Positions 55,457 to 62,958 of a stretch of 64,000 nt of DNA are shown here, one piece after another (position 1 is the first letter of the stretch; each line of letters begins with the position of its first letter). The stretch spans positions 1 to 64,000 of IMG/VR virus record IMGVR_UViG_3300032236_001850. One strand, 5' to 3'. A model generated the notes under the pieces. The model was not told the DNA's origin and searched no databases. It saw only the letters and a list, made by a program, of their open reading frames with translations. A program made the translations under genes and the position numbers.

Positions 55457-56338
55457 ATGATAACAAGCTCAAATAAATTAGAGATATTTGAAAATTTCAT
55501 ATCGCTTCCCAAAAAATCTTTACAATCTGGATCAAAGATGGAAATTGGTACCAATGGTATCGGTAATTTTCTAATCAGTGGTGCTATGGAGAGAGACTCA
55601 AATTCTCTTACTGATTCAATAGAGGTACGTGCAGTTGATTATTTTCACTATCTGCATATGCACGAACACACTCTCAAGAGTTGGATCAAATTAAAAGGTG
55701 CGGAATTATTATTTCCAAAAAAGAAGATAACAAAAATCAGATACCAATCGGTTGATGAATTCTTTAATGATGTTAAGGAGTCAATCAAAACTCTGGAGGT
55801 AAATCCAGGTTCTGTTGAATTCTACACCAATGCCATAGAAACTGCAAAAGAAAATGGGCAAATAGCTTTCTTAGAAATTCTGAGGGATAAAAAGAACGGT
55901 GTTCTTGCGGAAGCTAAGTTATTGGAAGTTGGTGAAATCAAATATGTTACCGAGGAGGATGTTGTTAAATTTTACAAGAAAGCAAATCTGAAGGAAAGAA
56001 TGCTAAAGATGACGTGGATGAAAAACTACGCCAGAATGATTCCGGACGAAGTTATAGCGGAGAAGAAAAAATACGATGCTTCTGAGTTATTCGATAACTA
56101 TGTTATATTACATTTTGATAAATATGACAATTCCACCCAGATGACAAAGGCGGAGGTTGAGAAGGCCAAGGATCCAATTCTATTTGGTGTTCTTAAAGGA
56201 ACCAGAAAATTGTACTTTATAGGGGATTGGATTGACGAGTACTGTGATCTAACTTTGGATAAATTCCTATCAACTCTAGAAATGGAAGAAGCTAGAAAGC
56301 TTTCAGAGGAGTCAATAAAGGAAGGATTAAAAATGTAA
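55457..56338 (+). CDS. Hypothetical phage protein
   Basis: Intact ORF; DPILFG..LYFIGDWIDEYCD C-term. Confidence 0.8.
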   Translation: MITSSNKLEIFENFISLPKKSLQSGSKMEIGTNGIGNFLISGAMERDSNSLTDSIEVRAVDYFHYLHMHEHTLKSWIKLKGAELLFPKKKITKIRYQSVDEFFNDVKESIKTLEVNPGSVEFYTNAIETAKENGQIAFLEILRDKKNGVLAEAKLLEVGEIKYVTEEDVVKFYKKANLKERMLKMTWMKNYARMIPDEVIAEKKKYDASELFDNYVILHFDKYDNSTQMTKAEVEKAKDPILFGVLKGTRKLYFIGDWIDEYCDLTLDKFLSTLEMEEARKLSEESIKEGLKM

Positions 56339-56354
56339 TTTTTTTCAAATTTTA

Positions 56355-56386
56355 TTTTTTTATTCCGGAAGAATTTCATATATTTG
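56355..56386 (+). promoter_or_regulatory. Conserved 32-bp promoter (copy 9), probably driving the ncRNA cluster
   Basis: TTTTTTTATTCCG-N11-TATATTTG. Confidence 0.85.
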
Positions 56387-56405
56387 CAATGTAATTAATA
56401 AAGGA

Positions 56406-56654
56406 ATGGCAAAGAACAAGATACAGGAAGAGATATACAAGGCAGAAGGACTTAGACGAATGCTTGCTAGAAAAAAGCAGAGATTCGAAAAGTACAGAAC
56501 CCTTGCTATTGAAGCTAGAGATCTAGGAATTCCTTTAGCAGGAGCAAGACTTGGAGGATCTTGGCCAGACCCAGATTCCCCAACAGGATATTCCCAGAAA
56601 TGCTCGTATGAGGCATGGGGAACATGTCAATCACCATGTAACGGTGATTGCTAA
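56406..56654 (+). CDS. Hypothetical protein, Cys-rich C-terminus
   Basis: First ORF after the promoter. Confidence 0.7.
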   Translation: MAKNKIQEEIYKAEGLRRMLARKKQRFEKYRTLAIEARDLGIPLAGARLGGSWPDPDSPTGYSQKCSYEAWGTCQSPCNGDC

Positions 56655-56661
56655 TAAGATT

Positions 56662-56720
56662 TGGTACGTAGCTTAGTGGTAGAGCTTTACAGCGGGAGTT
56701 CGATTCTTTCCGTGCCGGCA
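56662..56720 (+). ncRNA. tRNA-like RNA lacking an anticodon arm (mimic or tRNA pseudogene)
   Basis: Acceptor TGGTACG/CGTGCCG; D arm GCTT-AGTGGTA-GAGC; T arm GGGAG-TTCGATT-CTTTC; only an 8-nt linker TTTACAGC between them. Confidence 0.65.
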
Positions 56721-56888
56721 AAGCAGTTTTTATGATGCATCTCCATCGACAGAGAACGTTGTTTTAGATTTAAAAATAATGTTAATGTGGTCGGGTAGTT
56801 TAAAAGTTTTCCTAGCCTTAAGGAAAAGTACGGATGGGTTTGCAGAAGACAGTTTCCGAGCCTAGTGGAAAAGTCGGTATATAAACAG

Positions 56889-56916
56889 GGGAATCGGTCG
56901 GCTTTAACCGATTCCC
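56889..56916 (+). other. Perfect 10-bp hairpin preceding the second tRNA-like RNA
   Basis: GGGAATCGGT-CGGCTTTA-ACCGATTCCC. Confidence 0.8.
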
Positions 56917-56920
56917 AACA

Positions 56921-57048
56921 GGGGGAATAGACCAGGCGGTATGGTACGTCTCTAGCTTATATTATAGATAGAATCTATGACGTCTTCACACTAAGACGAA
57001 GCTTAGATGATTCAAGTGTCACAGGTTCGATTCCTGTTTCCCTCACTA
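56921..57048 (+). ncRNA. tRNA-like RNA with anticodon arm replaced by a branched domain
   Basis: Acceptor GGGGGAA/TTCCCTC + ACTA; D-like ACCA-GGCGGTA-TGGT; T arm ACAGG-TTCGATT-CCTGT; inner hairpins ATAGAT/ATCTAT and CGTCTT/AAGACG. Confidence 0.7.
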
Positions 57049-57049
57049 A

Positions 57050-57400
57050 CCGCGTCACTGTAAGCTGCAGTGATAACTGGACACGAACCAAGGTGGTTCC
57101 GCGGATCACCAATAAAATCGTCTGAGGCAGAGTCCAAGTCCAGGGTTAGGATATTGAGTCTACTACATAACGGCACGTGAAATTAATACCGACATGTACT
57201 GTCTGGCAGGTCAGGCTAGGCTCATTGGAACATGTTCTTCGTGGTGGATAGAACGGTATTTTATAGGATGGACGCATTGGTAATAGTTAGGTAAGGAGAG
57301 AACTGCAGTGGGCTGCTGCACTACACCTCGAGAAAAATCGCAAGATAAAACTGCCAATTTAGATGGGAGAACTAAGCCATCCAATAGAATACCAAACACA
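57050..57400 (+). ncRNA. Candidate structured ncRNA (unassigned)
   Basis: GC-richer ORF-poor region with several nested helices. Confidence 0.45.
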
Positions 57401-57420
57401 GAAGAAAATTATTATTGTTA

Positions 57421-57452
57421 TTTTTTTAATCCGAATTATTACCATATATTTG
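57421..57452 (+). promoter_or_regulatory. Conserved 32-bp promoter (copy 10), inside a perfect 15-bp inverted repeat
   Basis: TTTTTTTAATCCG-N11-TATATTTG; arms 57428-57442 / 57454-57468. Confidence 0.85.
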
Positions 57453-57489
57453 TGTAATAATTCGGATTTTTAATTTTAAATAAAAACTT

Positions 57490-57711
57490 ATGACACCAGA
57501 AAAATTAGACGAAGCTAAGGAATTCAAAAGAAACTCAGGTATAATGGCAATAGTGCTTTGGGTATTCGTAGGCTTCCTTGCATACATGGCAGATCCAAAA
57601 ACTATAGAAGTTGCAAGCTTTGTTGGTATTGGAGCTATTGCTTTAACCTACATATACTTCAGAATGGGTTCGTTAATTAAAGAATATGAAAAGATAATCA
57701 ATGGAAAATAA
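57490..57711 (+). CDS. Two-TM small membrane protein
   Basis: Two hydrophobic helices. Confidence 0.75.
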   Translation: MTPEKLDEAKEFKRNSGIMAIVLWVFVGFLAYMADPKTIEVASFVGIGAIALTYIYFRMGSLIKEYEKIINGK

Positions 57712-58237
57712 CATCCAAACCATCGAGGAAAGATTCTTGGATGCTCTAAGAAAAAAATCCGACAAGGAACCAAAACTTTTTATCTACTGGAATCTTTTCA
57801 GTATTCTACATTTGGGAGATCCTGATTTTTTAGAGCACATAATTATGGAATACCAACAAGCTCCCGAGGATAGCTGGTGGTTTATCAACTTCCATAGAGC
57901 TCTTAGACAGTGTGATTATTTCAGTGACTCGTTATGCATGAATAGGTCGACTATAACTAAAGATGAGAGTAGCAGGAGAAATGAAATTCTATTAAGAAGA
58001 GCAAGAATCAGGAGAGAAGCAGATTTTGACGAGAACGACAAGGAAACAGAATACTATTCGCTCGGAATTGAGTTGGATCAGTTAAACAGGAAAAATACCA
58101 CATATGAAAGAACCTCAATCTCCGGACACCTTGACTCCATACTTTACCAATGTATTAGTAATGGTAATGACGAGTTGTTCAATTTCATGAGAGAATTTCT
58201 TGCTAAAAATGTTGAACTAGAAGCGAAGGAAGCTTAG
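57701..58237 (+). CDS. Hypothetical protein
   Basis: Intact ORF. Confidence 0.7.
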   Translation: MENNIQTIEERFLDALRKKSDKEPKLFIYWNLFSILHLGDPDFLEHIIMEYQQAPEDSWWFINFHRALRQCDYFSDSLCMNRSTITKDESSRRNEILLRRARIRREADFDENDKETEYYSLGIELDQLNRKNTTYERTSISGHLDSILYQCISNGNDELFNFMREFLAKNVELEAKEA

Positions 58238-58238
58238 C

Positions 58239-58982
58239 ATGTCACGTATACTTTGTCCATGTTGTTTATCTCCATTGGTAGTCACTCACCAAGAAAGGTA
58301 TCAAGATATCAGCGAGCACGTATCCAACCCCAACGGAACGCCATCTATGAAGGACGGATACCAATGCCTAAATTTTGATTGGTGTTTTGCTTCAATGTAT
58401 AAATGTACATGGTTGGAGGACGGAGACTTCTTTTGTGGACCTCCACCAGAGGGCATGAATTACGGAGACATTAGAGATATCCTCGAGAGACACTGGAAAT
58501 TTCCAACCAAGACTATAGCGATTAATTCGTGGAATTTTTTCTATAAACTTGGTGAGATAGAAACCAAAAGAAGAATTAAAACCTATAAAATAGGAAGGTA
58601 CACCTTTAGATTTACACCCAAGGGGAAGGGTTATAAATACCCACCAAATGAACAATACATGCCAAGAAGGTTCTCCTATAAAATGGATATACTAAAAGAG
58701 ACATCCGATGGATGTCACACGTACATACTCAGCGACTATAGCATGGTAAGACATTCATTATCAGACTTTAGATCAAATTATAGGGATGCATTTAATCCAA
58801 AAACCAAATATCCAGATTGGGCAATTGATAAATGCATGGAGTTAATCAGATGCTCAACTCTTAGTGGTTACAATGACAGAAGAAGATATAAATTGATCTC
58901 AATGGTTCTCATAAAAATATTATTTCCGGTCAAGGTGAGGAGGATAAAAAATCTTGCAAAAGAGAAAAAAAGATTTTTTTAA
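58239..58982 (+). CDS. Hypothetical protein with N-terminal Cys motifs
   Basis: CPCC..C....C. Confidence 0.7.
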   Translation: MSRILCPCCLSPLVVTHQERYQDISEHVSNPNGTPSMKDGYQCLNFDWCFASMYKCTWLEDGDFFCGPPPEGMNYGDIRDILERHWKFPTKTIAINSWNFFYKLGEIETKRRIKTYKIGRYTFRFTPKGKGYKYPPNEQYMPRRFSYKMDILKETSDGCHTYILSDYSMVRHSLSDFRSNYRDAFNPKTKYPDWAIDKCMELIRCSTLSGYNDRRRYKLISMVLIKILFPVKVRRIKNLAKEKKRFF

Positions 58983-59005
58983 TTCGAAATCTTTTCATAT
59001 ATTTG
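58974..59005 (+). promoter_or_regulatory. Conserved 32-bp promoter (copy 11)
   Basis: TTTTTTTAATTCG-N11-TATATTTG. Confidence 0.85.
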
Positions 59006-59020
59006 TATAAAATTTTACAT

Positions 59021-59551
59021 ATGGCAACATTAACTTACATAGGATTGGCAATATTGGTGGTGACTGTAATAATCATTGGAGTTTCATCAGCTAAAAGTAG
59101 ATCAAGAAAAGCAGAGTACAAGGATTGGAAGATTGGTGATAAATTGGTTCTCGATGCGTATAACGGTGACACTGCATACACAGTTCTAAAGAAAAGTGGA
59201 AAAAATTATGCAACCCTTTGCGGGTGGTCTAAGAATAACATCTATGTCGATGTCCATGACGGTAACGTCTACAAAATTGAATGGGATGAACTAAAATTAA
59301 ATAAATCCGCTCTATGGAGAAGAAACTTCGAAGAGGCTAAGGAAGCTATGGGAGTTGATCCACATTTTAGTGCGGATATAGAGGAATCAGACAGAAGCTC
59401 GACACCAAGCTCACCAAAGGGAACCATAGACGGTAAACCAATAGAATTACTAAGTGAAGTTGAATGCGAGGTTTATTTGAAAAAAGCCATCGATGAGGAA
59501 GATTACCAAACTGCTGAGGCTTTAAGAAAAAGAATAGAGCACTTTAGATAA
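59021..59551 (+). CDS. Membrane-anchored protein with C-terminal UVR-like helix pair
   Basis: N-terminal TM; LKKAIDEEDYQTAEALRKRI. Confidence 0.7.
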   Translation: MATLTYIGLAILVVTVIIIGVSSAKSRSRKAEYKDWKIGDKLVLDAYNGDTAYTVLKKSGKNYATLCGWSKNNIYVDVHDGNVYKIEWDELKLNKSALWRRNFEEAKEAMGVDPHFSADIEESDRSSTPSSPKGTIDGKPIELLSEVECEVYLKKAIDEEDYQTAEALRKRIEHFR

Positions 59552-59910
59552 TGAGAGATCAAATAGTTTCACCAAACATAGCACAGATAGCTAGGGATTT
59601 TAATTTTGATTGGCTATGTGACGGTTTTTACCAGAATGGTAGATACGATAAACAATCAACTAAATGTCACAACTCAGCATGTGCTTTACCCTGTGCACCA
59701 ACACAATCTCTGCTACAAAGATGGTTTAGAGAGGTTCACGGATTACATTTTATAATCGATGCATCAATTAATGGTTGTGGTTACCGATGTTCGGTAGTTA
59801 GAGGAATAGGAGGAATTTATTATGATGTTGGTGGGAGATATGATGAGTACGAGGGAGCATTGGAAGTTTGCTTGTTAAGAGCTTTTAAAATAGTAGGAGA
59901 AAATGAATAG
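59551..59910 (+). CDS. Paralog family member 4
   Basis: VSPNIAQIA..F..APTQSLLQRWFREVH..YEGALE. Confidence 0.8.
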   Translation: MRDQIVSPNIAQIARDFNFDWLCDGFYQNGRYDKQSTKCHNSACALPCAPTQSLLQRWFREVHGLHFIIDASINGCGYRCSVVRGIGGIYYDVGGRYDEYEGALEVCLLRAFKIVGENE

Positions 59911-60271
59911 ATTATTTGTTAGTTTTGAATTGGCTAGAATTCTAAAAGAATTAGGATTCAATGAACCCTGCGTTGCAATATTTAATATGAGCAACGAGTT
60001 AAGTTTGGATGATGGGTTTTATAAACAGGAATTCTATCATAAGGACACAGTTCTTGCACCACTCCTCCAACAAGTAACAGATTGGCTTAGAGATGAGCAT
60101 GGGATCATTATAGTGATTATGCCATTTCTAATGGAAGATAATTCAATCACCTACGAGTACACAAATTACACCGATAAGGATCAGGACGAAATAGATCACG
60201 GCGATGGTCCTTACGAGGATTACTATGATGCATTAAACGCAGCAATAAAATCAGCACTATCATGCATATAA
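59903..60271 (+). CDS. Paralog family member 5
   Basis: VSFELARILKELGFNEPC..APLLQQVTDWLRDEH. Confidence 0.8.
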   Translation: MNRLFVSFELARILKELGFNEPCVAIFNMSNELSLDDGFYKQEFYHKDTVLAPLLQQVTDWLRDEHGIIIVIMPFLMEDNSITYEYTNYTDKDQDEIDHGDGPYEDYYDALNAAIKSALSCI

Positions 60272-60672
60272 TGGAAGAACATTGTGTACCTGTTGATATA
60301 GCGGTACAACTTCATAATAGAGGATTCAATGAACCATGCTTTATGGTTTATGACGAGGACGGTTTTCTGGAAGAGTGTGTAAATGTTAATACTCACAAGC
60401 TTCACCCAATGGACTATAATCACTTTGATGGTTTACCTGGATGCATTTCTGCTCCTCTATATTCTCAGGTTGTTAATTGGCTGGAAAAAAGATGCAGTAC
60501 ACTGATAGAAACGTTCAGAGGCGATGATGGGTTTTTAGATCTACGTGTTAGAGTGTGGGAAGACCATGATGCTGATGGCTACGGGTACATGGAAAAATAT
60601 AATTCATATTCAAAAAGGGATATGAGGGAATGTCTTAACGAGGGAATCAGAGAGGCACTAAAACTTTTATAA
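60271..60672 (+). CDS. Paralog family member 6
   Basis: VPVDIAVQLHNRGFNEPCF..APLYSQVVNWL. Confidence 0.8.
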   Translation: MEEHCVPVDIAVQLHNRGFNEPCFMVYDEDGFLEECVNVNTHKLHPMDYNHFDGLPGCISAPLYSQVVNWLEKRCSTLIETFRGDDGFLDLRVRVWEDHDADGYGYMEKYNSYSKRDMRECLNEGIREALKLL

Positions 60673-61025
60673 TGAGGAGACTTTTTAAATTTTATAATGA
60701 CGAGGCTGGATGGTTTGTGGATTTACCAGAGTGGGAGGGATCGAAAGCGGATCTTCAGATGGTTTCCGGTGCTGATACATTTCTGGATATACTTTCACAG
60801 GGAGACACAACAGTTTATGTCACTTTATCCGACGAGGATTTCGATGGTGCAGATTTCATGGAGTTTCTATATCTTGGCAGATTGGAAAATTGGGAGCTTG
60901 GTGAAGGTGCATGGTATAGGATGGGAAAATATATGGGGATCAGATACGATATTGATATGTGGCTTTGTGATGTTACCAAGTTTGTATTCGGAGGATTTCC
61001 AGCAACAATTTATTTTAAATCATGA
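60672..61025 (+). CDS. Hypothetical protein
   Basis: WFVDLPEW....LQMVSGADTFLD, WLCDVTKFVFG. Confidence 0.75.
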   Translation: MRRLFKFYNDEAGWFVDLPEWEGSKADLQMVSGADTFLDILSQGDTTVYVTLSDEDFDGADFMEFLYLGRLENWELGEGAWYRMGKYMGIRYDIDMWLCDVTKFVFGGFPATIYFKS

Positions 61026-61276
61026 AATACGGAATAGTTATAGCAGCAATTATATTGGTTATTAGCATTCAATGTTCGGGACCAAAAAATATATGCAAGA
61101 AAGCGGAGAGAATTGATGGTGAGGTGATCTATGCTATACCCTCGCCGGGTGGAAGAACAGTCACACTAGAAACCAAAAACGGCAGAGTTATAATTTACAG
61201 GGTTCCTTTAGAGCAACCACTTTATAATATCCCTGTTTGTAAGCACAGAGGAAAATATTATTGGGTGATGCCATGA
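61022..61276 (+). CDS. Small lipoprotein-like/membrane protein
   Basis: Hydrophobic N-term ending ISIQC. Confidence 0.65.
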   Translation: MKYGIVIAAIILVISIQCSGPKNICKKAERIDGEVIYAIPSPGGRTVTLETKNGRVIIYRVPLEQPLYNIPVCKHRGKYYWVMP

Positions 61277-61686
61277 AGGGAAGAGTAATATCAATACTAG
61301 CTTATAATAGATTCACTTTTGGAGATCAGGTTGTTTCACAGTTTGTTCTTTTTGAGTGTAAATGGTTATTCTCTATCATTTTCTTTTATTTCCATAAAAG
61401 CGACGGTTCTCAGGATAGATTCCACACTCATGCATTCAATGCTCTTTCGATAAAATTATTTGGTAGATATGATGAGTATTTGCTTCTTAGCGAGGAAACT
61501 GGAGAATATGTGGTAAGACCAAGAGTAAATACATTACAGTATTTTCCTAGGGATTCCTATCACAAAATAGGTAAATCAAACGGCTGTATGACAATATTAT
61601 TCTCTGGTCCATGGAATAAAACGTGGAAGGAATACATTAACGGAAAGGTTGTTAATTACAACTGGAATAGAAAACAAAAATTATGA
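61273..61686 (+). CDS. Cupin-like protein
   Basis: FHTHAF..G.YDE..YHKI..TILFSGP. Confidence 0.6.
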   Translation: MKGRVISILAYNRFTFGDQVVSQFVLFECKWLFSIIFFYFHKSDGSQDRFHTHAFNALSIKLFGRYDEYLLLSEETGEYVVRPRVNTLQYFPRDSYHKIGKSNGCMTILFSGPWNKTWKEYINGKVVNYNWNRKQKL

Positions 61687-62060
61687 CAGAATCAGAAATG
61701 TTGAAGAACTTCTTCGACTTCGATGGATTATATCGAGAAATAAGAAAAAACACATTAGAGGATTTCCCAACTCTGGAGGAATACCTTGATTTCATAGAAG
61801 ACCAGGGTGAGGATAAGGTGAAGGCAGAAAGTCTTTATCTTTTCATAATTGATCCAATTCACGATGATATTTTCATGGACTTTGAACCTGGAGAGGATAA
61901 TCAAATAGTTGTTAAAGATGACATTCTAGAAATCTACTTCTGGCAGGACACTGGTTATTCTAATGAGGGTGGAACCCATTATGGAGGATATGAATACTGG
62001 TTTAGGATAAACCTTGAACATGAAAATTTTATTAGTTTAGAAGTTGTAAATCAAAATTAA
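61683..62060 (+). CDS. Acidic hypothetical protein
   Basis: Intact ORF. Confidence 0.7.
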   Translation: MTESEMLKNFFDFDGLYREIRKNTLEDFPTLEEYLDFIEDQGEDKVKAESLYLFIIDPIHDDIFMDFEPGEDNQIVVKDDILEIYFWQDTGYSNEGGTHYGGYEYWFRINLEHENFISLEVVNQN

Positions 62061-62061
62061 A

Positions 62062-62352
62062 ATGAGCGAGACAGTAAACAATTATTGGTTCTGTGAAATA
62101 GGGCCATTACATGAAGGTGAAAGCGTTGGTGATTGGCCATTGAGAAGAGCAGTAGAGGAAAAATTCAGTGAAGTATTGGGTAGGGATGCATTGACATGTT
62201 CCTCCGGTTGGGGTTTAACCTACGAGATTAAGGATGTTATTTCAAGCATAAGACATCTGCATATAACTGACGAATCTGGTGAAAAGTTGAGAAAAATCAA
62301 GGAGATATTATACAATAAAGAATATCTAGAGTTTCCAAATCTCGAAAAATAA
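62062..62352 (+). CDS. Hypothetical protein
   Basis: Intact ORF. Confidence 0.7.
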   Translation: MSETVNNYWFCEIGPLHEGESVGDWPLRRAVEEKFSEVLGRDALTCSSGWGLTYEIKDVISSIRHLHITDESGEKLRKIKEILYNKEYLEFPNLEK

Positions 62353-62363
62353 TTCACAAATAA

Positions 62364-62395
62364 TTTTTTTATATCGAAACTTTTTCATATATTTG
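62364..62395 (+). promoter_or_regulatory. Conserved 32-bp promoter (copy 12)
   Basis: TTTTTTTATATCG-N11-TATATTTG. Confidence 0.85.
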
Positions 62396-62430
62396 CATTG
62401 TTAATTTAAAAACAATTAAAAAATAACAAG

Positions 62431-62889
62431 ATGGCAAAAAGAGAACAAGTATTAGGAAACTTTAAAGCAGTAGAAAAAGAAATTGCAGCAATCGAGTCTG
62501 CACCAGCAGTGGTTTATATCACAGCATCAAAATATATCCCGTCAGTTGGGTATGTGGCAGAATTAGCAGACATCAAACAAGTTGTTAAAGCACAAAAGCT
62601 TATCAACGAACAAAAAGGTGGTTTGGATGAAGCTGCTAAGGCATTAGGTCTTAGTGAAGACGACTTCCAAGAGGAAGCTGCAACATTCATGGGATTCCCA
62701 ATCTCAGTTTGGGAACAAGACATCAAAAATCGTTTGGCTGAACTTAAATCAGAGACGAGACTTGCTAAACTTAAAGTGGCAAGAAAAACTCTTAAGAAAA
62801 ACCTTTCCAAAGACGACAAGTTCGAATTGGAAATGGGAGACATCAATGATGTACTTTCAACATTGAATATTGAGGAGGAATCTAACTAA
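62431..62889 (+). CDS. Helical hypothetical protein (monocistronic)
   Basis: Own promoter and terminator. Confidence 0.8.
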   Translation: MAKREQVLGNFKAVEKEIAAIESAPAVVYITASKYIPSVGYVAELADIKQVVKAQKLINEQKGGLDEAAKALGLSEDDFQEEAATFMGFPISVWEQDIKNRLAELKSETRLAKLKVARKTLKKNLSKDDKFELEMGDINDVLSTLNIEEESN

Positions 62890-62910
62890 TCATAGAAATA
62901 TTTTATTCAC

Positions 62911-62940
62911 AAGCTGCATCTTTCTGGTGCAGCTTTTTTT
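62911..62940 (+). terminator. Intrinsic terminator
   Basis: AAGCTGCA..TGCAGC-T7. Confidence 0.85.
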
Positions 62941-62958
62941 AACCATAAATTATTTTCT

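Noticed and set aside
56789-56865. Third degenerate tRNA (GGTCGGG-TA-GTTT.., loop AGCCTTA read as anticodon CCT)
   Set aside because: No T arm, no U33, no proper D stem; reported only as a duplicated hairpin
57121-57225. RNase P RNA, group I intron or hammerhead from GAGGCAGAGTCC / CTAGGCTCA / CTGAGG
   Set aside because: Only partial resemblance to conserved cores; spacing too short for RNase P; no convincing P7 or CUGAnGA..GAAA core
56655-57420. A canonical or two-piece tmRNA partner for SmpB
   Set aside because: No G3-U70 acceptor and no tag frame ending in an ALAA-like peptide found; the tRNA-like elements are self-contained. A covariance search is still needed
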